A stretch of DNA of 64,000 nucleotides from Bacteroidaceae bacterium (lineage in GTDB: Bacteria; Bacteroidota; Bacteroidia; Bacteroidales; Bacteroidaceae). The stretch lies in contig CAVHYP010000001.1 of the NCBI GenBank assembly GCA_963640465.1, positions 20,553-84,552 on the forward strand. Reading direction: 5' to 3'. The notes beneath the pieces were generated by a model. That model searched no databases and had not been told where the DNA came from. It saw nothing but the letters and a program-made list of their open reading frames with translations. A program made the translations under genes and the position numbers. The first letter of the stretch is position 1; every line of letters starts with the position of its first letter. Below, in pieces: positions 55,043-62,676 of the stretch.

Positions 55043-55240
55043 GGGTTTGTTTTCAGTCTTTGGTGGGCTTGTTTTAGGCTTGGACATTGAGTTTTTTGCT
55101 TAGAACAAGCCTATTTTTATGCTTAGAACTATGCGTTTTCAGCACTTGAATCTTGTGTTTTAGGTTTTGGACTTGATATTTTTAGGACTTGAATGTTGCA
55201 TTTTATGCTTATGCGGCGGAATTTTTTTGTTTGCCTGGCT
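55043..55240. repeat. degenerate array of about 9 units, 21-23-bp phased (GTTTTAGGCTTGGAC / TTTTTGCTTAGAAC type)
   Basis: T-run plus (C)AG/TAG cores end at 55056, 55077, 55103, 55126, 55142, 55163 and 55185. The array starts at the first base after the GHL10 stop codon. Confidence 0.7.
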
Positions 55241-55257
55241 TTGTTTTTATGCTGTTT

Positions 55258-56748
55258 TTATGCTGTGGTGGCTTCTGCTGTTTTCTGTACTTTCCTCAGA
55301 TAGTTTCCTTTTGCGTAGGCAAAGTAGATGCCTGTGCCGAGGAGGTTTGCTGTCCACATCATCCAGAATGCTGCGTGGTAGTCAATAGTTCCTGCCACGA
55401 TGCCTCCGAGTAGCACTCCGAGTCCGGATCCGAGGTCCCATGAGGTGAGCAGTGTGGAGTTGGCAGTTCCGCGCTGGTTGGTTGTCGCCAGGTTGATAAA
55501 CATGTTCTGGTATGCCGGATACATGTGTCCGTTGCCCAGTCCGATGGTCAGTGCGGAGACGTAGAGCGCGATGGGGTGGTGTACCAGGGCGAAGAGCAGA
55601 TAGCCTGCTAGCGAGATTATCATGCCTTCTGATGCGTTGTGCACTATGCGTCCTTGTCGTAGTCCTTTAGCTCCGGTGAGCCGTGATAGTGCCAGTCCAC
55701 CGGCAAGGAGGAGGAAGAAGATGCCTGCCCCGCTTTTGATTCCCAGTTCTTCGGCTGCATAGATTGCCACATAGGTGGAGATTACTCCGTAGGACAGTGC
55801 GAAGCAGATCATGCTCAGTCCGAGGCTCCATCCGCGCAGGAGGAAGAGTTTGTTGAGCACCATCACTATGCGCTTTTGCGAGATTTGTCCGTTGCGCACT
55901 GCGGTCTGTGCTGCGGTCTGCACTGTGGCGATTGCTGATGACTGCACTGCTGTCATTTCTTCGGTATTTTTGCTGGCCTGCGCTACTTCCAGTTTACTGG
56001 TCAGATCTGATGTTCTCGTATTTACGTTTTGCGGCGCTTCTGTGGACTCTAATTTTATGTTGTAGTCGATGATGAGTCCGAAGAATGAAATAACGAGGGA
56101 GAGTCCGAAAAGCAGTTCGTAGCTGTGGAAGGTGTGGAGCAACAGGAGTGCTATGGTTGGGCTTATGGCTGTGGCTATGTTGTTGCTCAGTCCGTAGTAG
56201 CCTAGTCCTTCGGCTCGTCGGGTGGGGTAGAGCACATCGACTGCCACTGTGGTTCCTGCCACTGTTGTGGCTCCGAAGGGGATGCCGTGCATGGTGCGGA
56301 AGATGGCGAAGAGGGTGATTGACGATGCTGCGAGGTAGCCGGCAAAGAGTGCCACGAAGAAGAAGTTGAATCCGATCAGCACTGCTTTTCTTGGCAGTCT
56401 GTCGACCATGTATCCGCTGAAGGGCCGTATGACGAGTGCTGCTACTGTGTAGCCCGAGAGTACGATGCCTATGGCTTCTTTGCTTGCTCCGAAAGTGTCG
56501 CGCAGATAGAGTGGGAACAGGGGCATCAGCAGCATGAAGGAGAAGTAGAGCATGAAGTTGGCTGTCCAAATCTTCGTGTAGTTGCTGTTCCAGAGCTTTT
56601 CTTTCTTCGGTTTTTCCTTTCCGACAGCCTCTTTCTCAACTGTTTCTTTCCTAACTATTTCTTTCTCTGCAGCCTCTTTCCTCTCTGTTGCTTTTTCTGC
56701 AGTCTCTTTTCTCTCTGTTTCCTGTTCTGCCGCCTCTTCCTTTGTCAT
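55258..56748 (-). CDS. MFS transporter with a Lys/Glu-rich repetitive N-terminal extension
   Basis: 496 aa. Residues 1-50 are TERKETAEKA-type repeats encoded by 30-bp DNA repeats. They are followed by 12 hydrophobic segments with a long central loop. Confidence 0.8.
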   Translation of the reverse strand: MTKEEAAEQETERKETAEKATERKEAAEKEIVRKETVEKEAVGKEKPKKEKLWNSNYTKIWTANFMLYFSFMLLMPLFPLYLRDTFGASKEAIGIVLSGYTVAALVIRPFSGYMVDRLPRKAVLIGFNFFFVALFAGYLAASSITLFAIFRTMHGIPFGATTVAGTTVAVDVLYPTRRAEGLGYYGLSNNIATAISPTIALLLLHTFHSYELLFGLSLVISFFGLIIDYNIKLESTEAPQNVNTRTSDLTSKLEVAQASKNTEEMTAVQSSAIATVQTAAQTAVRNGQISQKRIVMVLNKLFLLRGWSLGLSMICFALSYGVISTYVAIYAAEELGIKSGAGIFFLLLAGGLALSRLTGAKGLRQGRIVHNASEGMIISLAGYLLFALVHHPIALYVSALTIGLGNGHMYPAYQNMFINLATTNQRGTANSTLLTSWDLGSGLGVLLGGIVAGTIDYHAAFWMMWTANLLGTGIYFAYAKGNYLRKVQKTAEATTA

Positions 56749-56769
56749 TTCCTTTTCAGCCGTCTGCTG

Positions 56770-57558
56770 TTATCTTACGATCACTTTCTGGCCTTGGATG
56801 ATGTTCACACCTTTCTGCAGTTTGTTTTGGCGCACTCCGTTCACGTTGTACACTTCGCTGTTGTCGGCATTTCCGTTGCTTATGCTGTTGATTCCGGTTG
56901 TGGTGTCGGTTGTTGTGTTGTGGAGGGCGAGGAGTTTTGGTGCTTCGCTTGTGCCGTCAACCTTGATGTAGCAGCGTGTGGCATAGAATCCGCTTGTGGA
57001 GTTTTCCACTGGTGTGAAGTCGGCTTCGGCATTGTTCTTCACGTAGATTCCGTATTGTCCGTCGGCTTCTATGTGTTTGGTTGTGCCGATGAGGCTGAAG
57101 GTCACTCCGCCCACTGTGTAGGTGGTTTTAGGTTCTGCGTTGTATTCGATTTTCGTGTCGGCAGCAGTCAGTTTCACGCTTTTGTTTTCGCCGGTGTAGT
57201 ACAGAATGTAGGGAGTGTTGGCTTTCAGTCCGTCCTGTTTGGCGTTGCGGAAGTAGAGGCAATAGGTGCCGTTGTCATCAGCTTTCACGTCGTTGAGTAT
57301 TTCAAGACGGCAGTCGTTGCCGAAAGCTTCGTTGACTTCTTCAGTGGTCATGCTGAATGGCAGGCAGAGGGTGTTCCATCCGTTGAAGATTGACCGGTAC
57401 ATGGTTACGTTGCGGGTCTGTCCGTCGTATTGTTCCACGTTTGATCCGTTGACGCTGCTGAGGTAGAGCGCCTTGGTCTGTGCCGTTGCCTGCATGCCCA
57501 GCATGAGGCATACTGCAGTGGTCATCATCGTCTTGATCAGTTGTTTCGTTGTTGCCAT
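56770..57558 (-). CDS. secreted protein with T9SS C-terminal sorting domain, function unknown
   Basis: ORF 56770..57657. I prefer the start at 57558 (MATTKQLIKTMMTTAVCLMLGMQATAQ) because a TATATTTG box lies at 57615-57622, inside the longer ORF. The C-terminus EVYNVNGVRQNKLQKGVNIIQGQKVIVR is T9SS-CTD-like. Confidence 0.65.
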   Translation of the reverse strand: MATTKQLIKTMMTTAVCLMLGMQATAQTKALYLSSVNGSNVEQYDGQTRNVTMYRSIFNGWNTLCLPFSMTTEEVNEAFGNDCRLEILNDVKADDNGTYCLYFRNAKQDGLKANTPYILYYTGENKSVKLTAADTKIEYNAEPKTTYTVGGVTFSLIGTTKHIEADGQYGIYVKNNAEADFTPVENSTSGFYATRCYIKVDGTSEAPKLLALHNTTTDTTTGINSISNGNADNSEVYNVNGVRQNKLQKGVNIIQGQKVIVR

Positions 57559-57614
57559 ATTTCGTAGAGTATTGGTTGATTGTTTGTTTACGGTTTCGTC
57601 TTCTTTTGACACTG

Positions 57615-57622
57615 CAAATATA
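57615..57622 (-). promoter_or_regulatory. candidate -7 promoter box (TATATTTG)
   Basis: TAnnTTTG on the minus strand, 56 nt upstream of the ATG at 57558. Confidence 0.4.
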
Positions 57623-57677
57623 GCAATAATTTTTGAGGTGGCAAAATCTTTCGGCATGTTTGTTTTGCTTGAGGGTA

Positions 57678-57724
57678 TTTTTTTCTCAGACCAGGAAAAT
57701 AATTTTCTTTGACTAGGAAAATAA
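57678..57724. repeat. repeat family 2, locus B (2 units)
   Basis: Units TTTTTTTCTCAGACCAGGAAAATAA / TTTTCTTTGACTAGGAAAATAA. Confidence 0.8.
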
Positions 57725-57791
57725 TTGGCAACTATATACGATTAGGCATTAGCTAGACATTATGGATTGTACCTGTTTTTTTATGAGGTAC

Positions 57792-57879
57792 CACCTCATC
57801 GGGCAACGCGGTGCACTTCATCGGGCAACGCGGCGCACCTCATTGGGCAACGCGGTGCACCTCATTGGGCAACGCGGTG
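57792..57879. repeat. tandem array, 4 x 22 bp (CACCTCATCGGGCAACGCGGTG)
   Basis: Unit starts at 57792, 57814, 57836 and 57858, with 1-2 substitutions between copies. The array ends 18 nt from the stop (57898) of the upstream minus-strand gene. Confidence 0.9.
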
Positions 57880-57897
57880 CAAAGCAGGTGACGTGCG

Positions 57898-60054
57898 TTA
57901 TCTTACGAGGACTTTCTTGCCTCTACGTATGTAGATTCCAGGGGCGGAAGGATGGGTGACGCTTCTGCCTGAGAGGTCGAAGGTGTCATAGGATGACTTT
58001 GCTTCGGCTTGGATGTGGGTGATGGCTGTGGGATCAACGTAACTGATGTCGGTGAGTTGATAGCCAGTCTTGCTGGAGTCGATATGTACGTTGAACACGA
58101 AGATGGCTTTTGCTTCCTCTGTGTCGCTTTTCTTGTAGCGGATGGCTTGGGCTATGGTATAGGTACTGCCGTTCTTGCAATGTCCGGGGTATTGGCCGAT
58201 GGTGAATGCGAATGACGAGGACTGGAACTCGGAGAACACGTAGGCTGTGGTGCCCCAACTGACGGGGCGGCCTGAGGTGCTGAACCAGTGGCCGTAGCCG
58301 TTGGCTGTGGACGCACTGCTGTAGAGGGTGCCGTCGGGTTTGGCTGCATAGAACATGGTATGTCCTGCTGACGGTCCGCTGGCACTGTAGTTGGTGAGAA
58401 GGCTGGTGATGTCTGCCGTGGTGAGTTGGAGCGCTGTGTTGACTTTGGCCAGTGACTTGCCGTCGACGGTGACTGTCTCGCCGCTGTAGGCGCTGGAGCT
58501 TGCAGGGAAGTAGACATCGTAGGTGAGGGTGATGTCTGCCACCTGGCGTCCGTCGATGTCGGTCTTGTAGTAGACTGTGGCTTTGCTGGTGAGGTCGGTG
58601 CCTGTGAATTTCACGCGGTAGGGCCACATGTCGTCGCCGCTGATGGATTCATCCCAGCGGTGCTGGAAGTAGCGCTTGGGGGTGGGGGATACTACCATCC
58701 ACATGCGGTCTACGTTGTCGGGCACGGTGAATCCTGTCTGTGCTGTCTTCTCCACGGAACCGGTGCAGTAGAGTGTGTCTTGGCTGAAGTACTGGCGTGT
58801 GCCGTCTTTCATGAGGCATACGAATCCGAGCCGGAAAGCTCGCTGTGATGCGTTTGAGGTGACTTTGTTGTAGGCTGTGAGTCCGGATGCGGTGTATTCG
58901 GAGCTGCCGTTGATGTATTCGGCAGGGTCGCCTGCTGCTAGGCTTGCTCCGGATACGAGTGCCGTGAAGTCGGCTGTCACTGCGGTGCCTGCTACTGGCA
59001 CTTGGAGTGGGATGACATTGAATCCGGATGCTTGCGGACAGCTTGCGAGGGCTACTTGATAGGTGCCGTCGCCAAGGTCGACGCAGCGGTATTCGAAGTT
59101 GCCGATGTAGTTGTCGCCTCCATTGGCTTTGCATGCATCGAGGTCCCAGGTGACTGCGTGCATGGCGAAATCGAAATGGAGCTTATAGAGTTCGGAGGCT
59201 GTGAGCCCCTTGTAGTCCATCAGCACTTGGTTGAAATCCTTGACTGTGGTTTCGGGGTGGTTCCACACGTTTGCCACGGTCTTGATGTCGTCGTAGTACT
59301 GGCACAGGTAGGTGAGGAACATGTATGTCTGGTAGCGCTGCCACTCATGGCTGAAGGCATAGTTGTGGGTCTTGTTGAAGATGAGATGGTGGTAGCTCTC
59401 GGTCATGATTTCTCCGGGATAGGACTGGAGTGCCTGCCAGTTGGCTGTTGTCTCCCAGATGGTGGCTCCGTTGCCTACGCTGCCGTGGAATCCGGTCTGT
59501 ACGGCTGATTTCTGCCCGTGGTTGGAGTCTTCTGCATAGCACATGTAGTGGAATGAGTGTCCTACTTCGTGTGCCACGGCGCTTCCTACGGGCTTGCATG
59601 TGCTGGGCGAGAGCCATAGTGCCGGTACCTGGAAGTCGTAGCCGCCTCCGTAGCATATCCATCCTGTGTCGTGGTGGAGGAGCACCATGACTTTGTATTT
59701 GCTGATGTTGGAGTTGTCGGGGTCGACGAATCCGAGTTGGCTGCATTCGAGTTGATAGAACTCTTCAGCCTTGTCCAGGAGGTCGTCGATGTCGACCCGG
59801 TAGGCTTCGGCCGCATCGGATGGCTTGGTGTTACCGTAGCGGTTGTCCCAGAAGACGATGACGTTGTCGGTTTCCACTGACCGTGAGCGCGACCATGTGT
59901 AGGCGTTCTCGGTGTCGGTTTCTGCCCAGATGAGGGTGTCGGTACGGTTGCGCCATTCCTGCGGTATGTAGATACTTTTCTGTGCGGTGGCGCAAACGAT
60001 GTTCATCATGGCTGCTGCCACGACTGCAAATAGGAATGTGAGTTTATGTTTCAT
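57898..60054 (-). CDS. secreted HEXXH zinc-metallopeptidase-like protein with T9SS C-terminal sorting domain
   Basis: 718 aa. Signal peptide MKHKLTFLFAVVAAAMMNIVCATAQ, motif GSAVAHEVGHSFHYM, and C-terminus YDTFDLSGRSVTHPSAPGIYIRRGKKVLVR (T9SS CTD-like). Confidence 0.7.
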   Translation of the reverse strand: MKHKLTFLFAVVAAAMMNIVCATAQKSIYIPQEWRNRTDTLIWAETDTENAYTWSRSRSVETDNVIVFWDNRYGNTKPSDAAEAYRVDIDDLLDKAEEFYQLECSQLGFVDPDNSNISKYKVMVLLHHDTGWICYGGGYDFQVPALWLSPSTCKPVGSAVAHEVGHSFHYMCYAEDSNHGQKSAVQTGFHGSVGNGATIWETTANWQALQSYPGEIMTESYHHLIFNKTHNYAFSHEWQRYQTYMFLTYLCQYYDDIKTVANVWNHPETTVKDFNQVLMDYKGLTASELYKLHFDFAMHAVTWDLDACKANGGDNYIGNFEYRCVDLGDGTYQVALASCPQASGFNVIPLQVPVAGTAVTADFTALVSGASLAAGDPAEYINGSSEYTASGLTAYNKVTSNASQRAFRLGFVCLMKDGTRQYFSQDTLYCTGSVEKTAQTGFTVPDNVDRMWMVVSPTPKRYFQHRWDESISGDDMWPYRVKFTGTDLTSKATVYYKTDIDGRQVADITLTYDVYFPASSSAYSGETVTVDGKSLAKVNTALQLTTADITSLLTNYSASGPSAGHTMFYAAKPDGTLYSSASTANGYGHWFSTSGRPVSWGTTAYVFSEFQSSSFAFTIGQYPGHCKNGSTYTIAQAIRYKKSDTEEAKAIFVFNVHIDSSKTGYQLTDISYVDPTAITHIQAEAKSSYDTFDLSGRSVTHPSAPGIYIRRGKKVLVR

Positions 60055-60114
60055 TGTCTAGTTTAGTTTAGTTCTTGTAGTTGACTGCTAGTCGATAATT
60101 TTTCCTCTTGCTCC

Positions 60115-60204
60115 GATTGTCCGCAGATACTTTTTTAGCAGTAGTCCGCAGATTTTTTCTGCATTGGTTCGCTGATTCTTTCAGCGGTAGACTGCAAAGC
60201 TAGT
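60115..60204. repeat. four units of about 22-24 bp (GATTGTCCGCAGATACTTTTTT / AGCAGTAGTCCGCAGATTTTTTCT / ...)
   Basis: Units start at 60115, 60137, 60161 and 60183. Units 2 and 4 both start AGC(A/G)GTAG. The last unit contains a TAGCTTTG box (60195-60202, minus strand). Confidence 0.6.
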
Positions 60205-60238
60205 AAATAAATCCCAATAAACACATCTTTCGTGTGGA

Positions 60239-60763
60239 TTATTTGTGGTCGCCAATCATTTTTTCCATCCAGATGATGTCGAACCACTGTCCGAACTTGT
60301 AGCCGCACTGGTGGAAATGGGCACAGCGGGTGAAGCCCATGTGGCGGTGGAACTCAGGGCTTTGACGGGTGAGGAATTGGTTGGGCGTTTCTGTCCAGGC
60401 AATACATGCGTTCATGTTGAGTATGCCGATGGCTTTGAGCCTGCGTTCGAGTTCTTCGTAGAGCGCTCTGCCGATGCTTTGTCCGTGACTCCCTTTCTTC
60501 ACATAGATGGAGGTCTCCACTGCACGGTTGTAGGCTGCACGTTCCTTGAACGCTGATGCATAGGCATAGCCGACTATGGTGTCCTGGTCTTCGGCTACGA
60601 TGTAGGGATAGCGGGCGAGGGTGGCTTCGATTCTCTGCCGGAATTCTGCGGTGCTTGGTACTTCGCACTCGAACGTGACGGCTGTGCTCTCGATGTACGG
60701 GGCATAGATGCTGAGAAGGATGGATGCATCTTCGGGTATGGCTGTGCGTATTTTTATTTTCAT
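60239..60763 (-). CDS. GNAT N-acetyltransferase (phosphinothricin-acetyltransferase-like)
   Basis: 174 aa. IRTAIPEDASILLSIYAPYIESTAVTFE..., and an acetyl-CoA motif region HGQSIGRALYEELERRL. Confidence 0.8.
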   Translation of the reverse strand: MKIKIRTAIPEDASILLSIYAPYIESTAVTFECEVPSTAEFRQRIEATLARYPYIVAEDQDTIVGYAYASAFKERAAYNRAVETSIYVKKGSHGQSIGRALYEELERRLKAIGILNMNACIAWTETPNQFLTRQSPEFHRHMGFTRCAHFHQCGYKFGQWFDIIWMEKMIGDHK

Positions 60764-60805
60764 TTGTATATAAAATATAATAATGTATATGAGTGGATTG
60801 TGAAG

Positions 60806-61699
60806 CTATGCTGTTGTTTCTTCGCGGAATTCGGACGGCAGCATGCCGGTTTCGCGCTTGAAGAACTTGACGAAATAGGAGGGGTCTTCGTATCCGAGCC
60901 GGTAGGCAATCTCTTTCACCATGAGCCGTGTGTAGCGCAGCAGACGCTTGGCTTCGAGGGTGATGCGGTCGTTGATGAATGCCAGCGGTGTCTTGCTGGA
61001 ACACTCGGCAACGCTGTTGCTCAGGGTCTTCACCGAGACGTTGAGCTGGTCGGCATAGAAGCGGAGTGTGTTGCCGCTCATGAAGTTGGCTTCAACGAGT
61101 TTGCGGAACTTCACGAACAGTACGTAGGACGGTTTCTGCCAGTTGGAGTTTTGCATCGTACTTCCTTCGCGCTGTCTGTTTTGCAGCACTTCGAGGAGGA
61201 AAATGTTGAGGTTGAGCCGCTGAATCTCGTGTGCCAGGATGTCGGTGGTGTGTGATTTTTTTTCGATGCGGAGGATTAATGAATGGAGATAGTCGAGGGT
61301 TTCCGGGTCTTTTATCACGACGTAGGGCGAGGAATCGAAGGCATTGAAGATGTCGTACTTGAGGAAAAGGTCGCTGCCGTATTCAGCTTCTCTCAGTATG
61401 TCGGTGCAGAAACGGAGAAGTATGCCCTTGTGGCGGGTCACGCCATCGAAATGGTGAGCCTGTCCGGGCGAGATGAAGAACAGGGAGTTGGCTTCCACCG
61501 GATAGTCCTTGAAGTCGACTGAGTGTGTGCCTCCTGCCTCCTCGAACCATATCACTTCATAGAAGGTGTGGACATGGGGAGAATAGTTGTCGCCGCTGTC
61601 GTAGTCGAGAAAATGGGGCAGGCGGTCGATGTTGATGTCGCTGCCTGCAGGTGCGTCGCAAACGCTCCGGTAGATGTTGTGCATTTCTTTTGCTTCCAT
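60806..61699 (-). CDS. AraC-family transcriptional regulator (cupin + HTH)
   Basis: ORF 60806..61858. I prefer the start at 61699 (MEAKEMHNIY) because a TAACTTTG box lies at 61733-61740, inside the longer ORF. C-terminal HTH: ADQLNVSVKTLSNSVAE..., IAYRLGYEDPSYFVKFFKRETGMLPSEFR. Confidence 0.8.
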   Translation of the reverse strand: MEAKEMHNIYRSVCDAPAGSDINIDRLPHFLDYDSGDNYSPHVHTFYEVIWFEEAGGTHSVDFKDYPVEANSLFFISPGQAHHFDGVTRHKGILLRFCTDILREAEYGSDLFLKYDIFNAFDSSPYVVIKDPETLDYLHSLILRIEKKSHTTDILAHEIQRLNLNIFLLEVLQNRQREGSTMQNSNWQKPSYVLFVKFRKLVEANFMSGNTLRFYADQLNVSVKTLSNSVAECSSKTPLAFINDRITLEAKRLLRYTRLMVKEIAYRLGYEDPSYFVKFFKRETGMLPSEFREETTA

Positions 61700-61732
61700 G
61701 TGGCGTGCGTATTGTTTCTTTCTTTTCGACGG

Positions 61733-61740
61733 CAAAGTTA
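61733..61740 (-). promoter_or_regulatory. candidate -7 promoter box (TAACTTTG) for the AraC-family gene
   Basis: TAnnTTTG on the minus strand, 33 nt upstream of the ATG at 61699. Confidence 0.4.
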
Positions 61741-61806
61741 TGGAAAATAACCGGAACTTGGATGGAAAGTGATAAGGGATTGATGGTAAAAATTGGAAAA
61801 ACGAGA

Positions 61807-61827
61807 GTGAAATCAAGTGGATTTCAC
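61807..61827. promoter_or_regulatory. perfect 8-bp inverted repeat GTGAAATC-N5-GATTTCAC (candidate operator) in the divergent AraC/rubrerythrin region
   Basis: Arms at 61807-61814 and 61820-61827, about 55 nt upstream of the rubrerythrin -7 box. Confidence 0.35.
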
Positions 61828-61880
61828 GATAATACCATCGATTTGCACGATTTTCCATTGCGCTTTTATCTGATGTTTCC

Positions 61881-61888
61881 TATCTTTG
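61881..61888 (+). promoter_or_regulatory. candidate -7 promoter box (TATCTTTG) for rubrerythrin
   Basis: TAnnTTTG on the plus strand, 73 nt upstream of the ATG at 61962. Confidence 0.45.
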
Positions 61889-61961
61889 CACTGCAAAAAG
61901 GCAAGAAAGTCTTTGAGCACCGGGAAACGAAGGATATTTATATGTAATTTTTTAAAGGTAT

Positions 61962-62510
61962 ATGACTATGGCAACAACAAAGTATTCAGGCACTCAGACT
62001 GAGAAAAATCTGGAAGCGGCTTTCGCTGGAGAGAGTCAGGCGCGCAACAAGTACACTTACTTCGCATCGAGGGCAAAGAAGGAGGGATTTGAGCAGATTG
62101 CAGAAATCTTCCTGAAGACGGCTGACAACGAGAAGGAGCATGCAAAGATGTGGTTCAAGGAACTCAGCGGCATTGGCGACACTGCACAGAACCTTGAGGC
62201 TGCAGCTGCTGGCGAGAACTTCGAGTGGACCGACATGTACGAGGGTTTTGCAAAGACTGCCGAAGAGGAAGGTTTTAAGGACTTGGCACGCAAGTTCCGT
62301 CTTGTGGCTGCCATCGAGAAGCGTCATGAGGAGCGCTACCGTGCTCTGCTGAAGAACATAGAGATGCAGGAAGTGTTTGCAAAGAGTGACGTGAAGGTGT
62401 GGGAATGCCGCAACTGTGGACACATCGTGGTAGGGGAGAAAGCTCCTGATGTGTGCCCTGTTTGCGCTCATCCGCAGGCTTACTTCGAGGTTCACGTCGA
62501 CAATTTCTAA
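61962..62510 (+). CDS. rbr: rubrerythrin
   Basis: 182 aa. Ferritin-like di-iron domain ([35 protein letters not shown]) plus a C-terminal rubredoxin CRNCGH...CPVCAHP. Confidence 0.9.
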   Translation: MTMATTKYSGTQTEKNLEAAFAGESQARNKYTYFASRAKKEGFEQIAEIFLKTADNEKEHAKMWFKELSGIGDTAQNLEAAAAGENFEWTDMYEGFAKTAEEEGFKDLARKFRLVAAIEKRHEERYRALLKNIEMQEVFAKSDVKVWECRNCGHIVVGEKAPDVCPVCAHPQAYFEVHVDNF

Positions 62511-62530
62511 TCGTCGGCTGATTGAAGCAA

Positions 62531-62580
62531 TTTATTTTTCTGACCAGGGAACAAATTTTCTCTGACCAGGGAACAAAAAA
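62531..62580. repeat. repeat family 2, locus C (2 units)
   Basis: Units TTTATTTTTCTGACCAGGGAACAAA / TTTTCTCTGACCAGGGAACAAAAAA. They lie between the rubrerythrin stop and the terminator hairpin. Confidence 0.85.
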
Positions 62581-62616
62581 GGAGGATGTACCCAAGTGGG
62601 ATGCATCCTCTTTTCT
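62575..62616. terminator. bidirectional intrinsic terminator between convergent rbr and M64 genes
   Basis: A6 tract, then the stem GAGGATGTA-CCC (62582-62593) pairing with GGG-A-TGCATCCTC (62598-62610) around the loop AAGT, then TTTT. That is about 12 bp with one bulge and one G-U pair. Confidence 0.65.
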
Positions 62617-62676
62617 CTGTGTGTTTTCTGTATGTCCGTTCAGCTTTGCTTTGCCGAACTTCTCCTCTCTGCAGAA

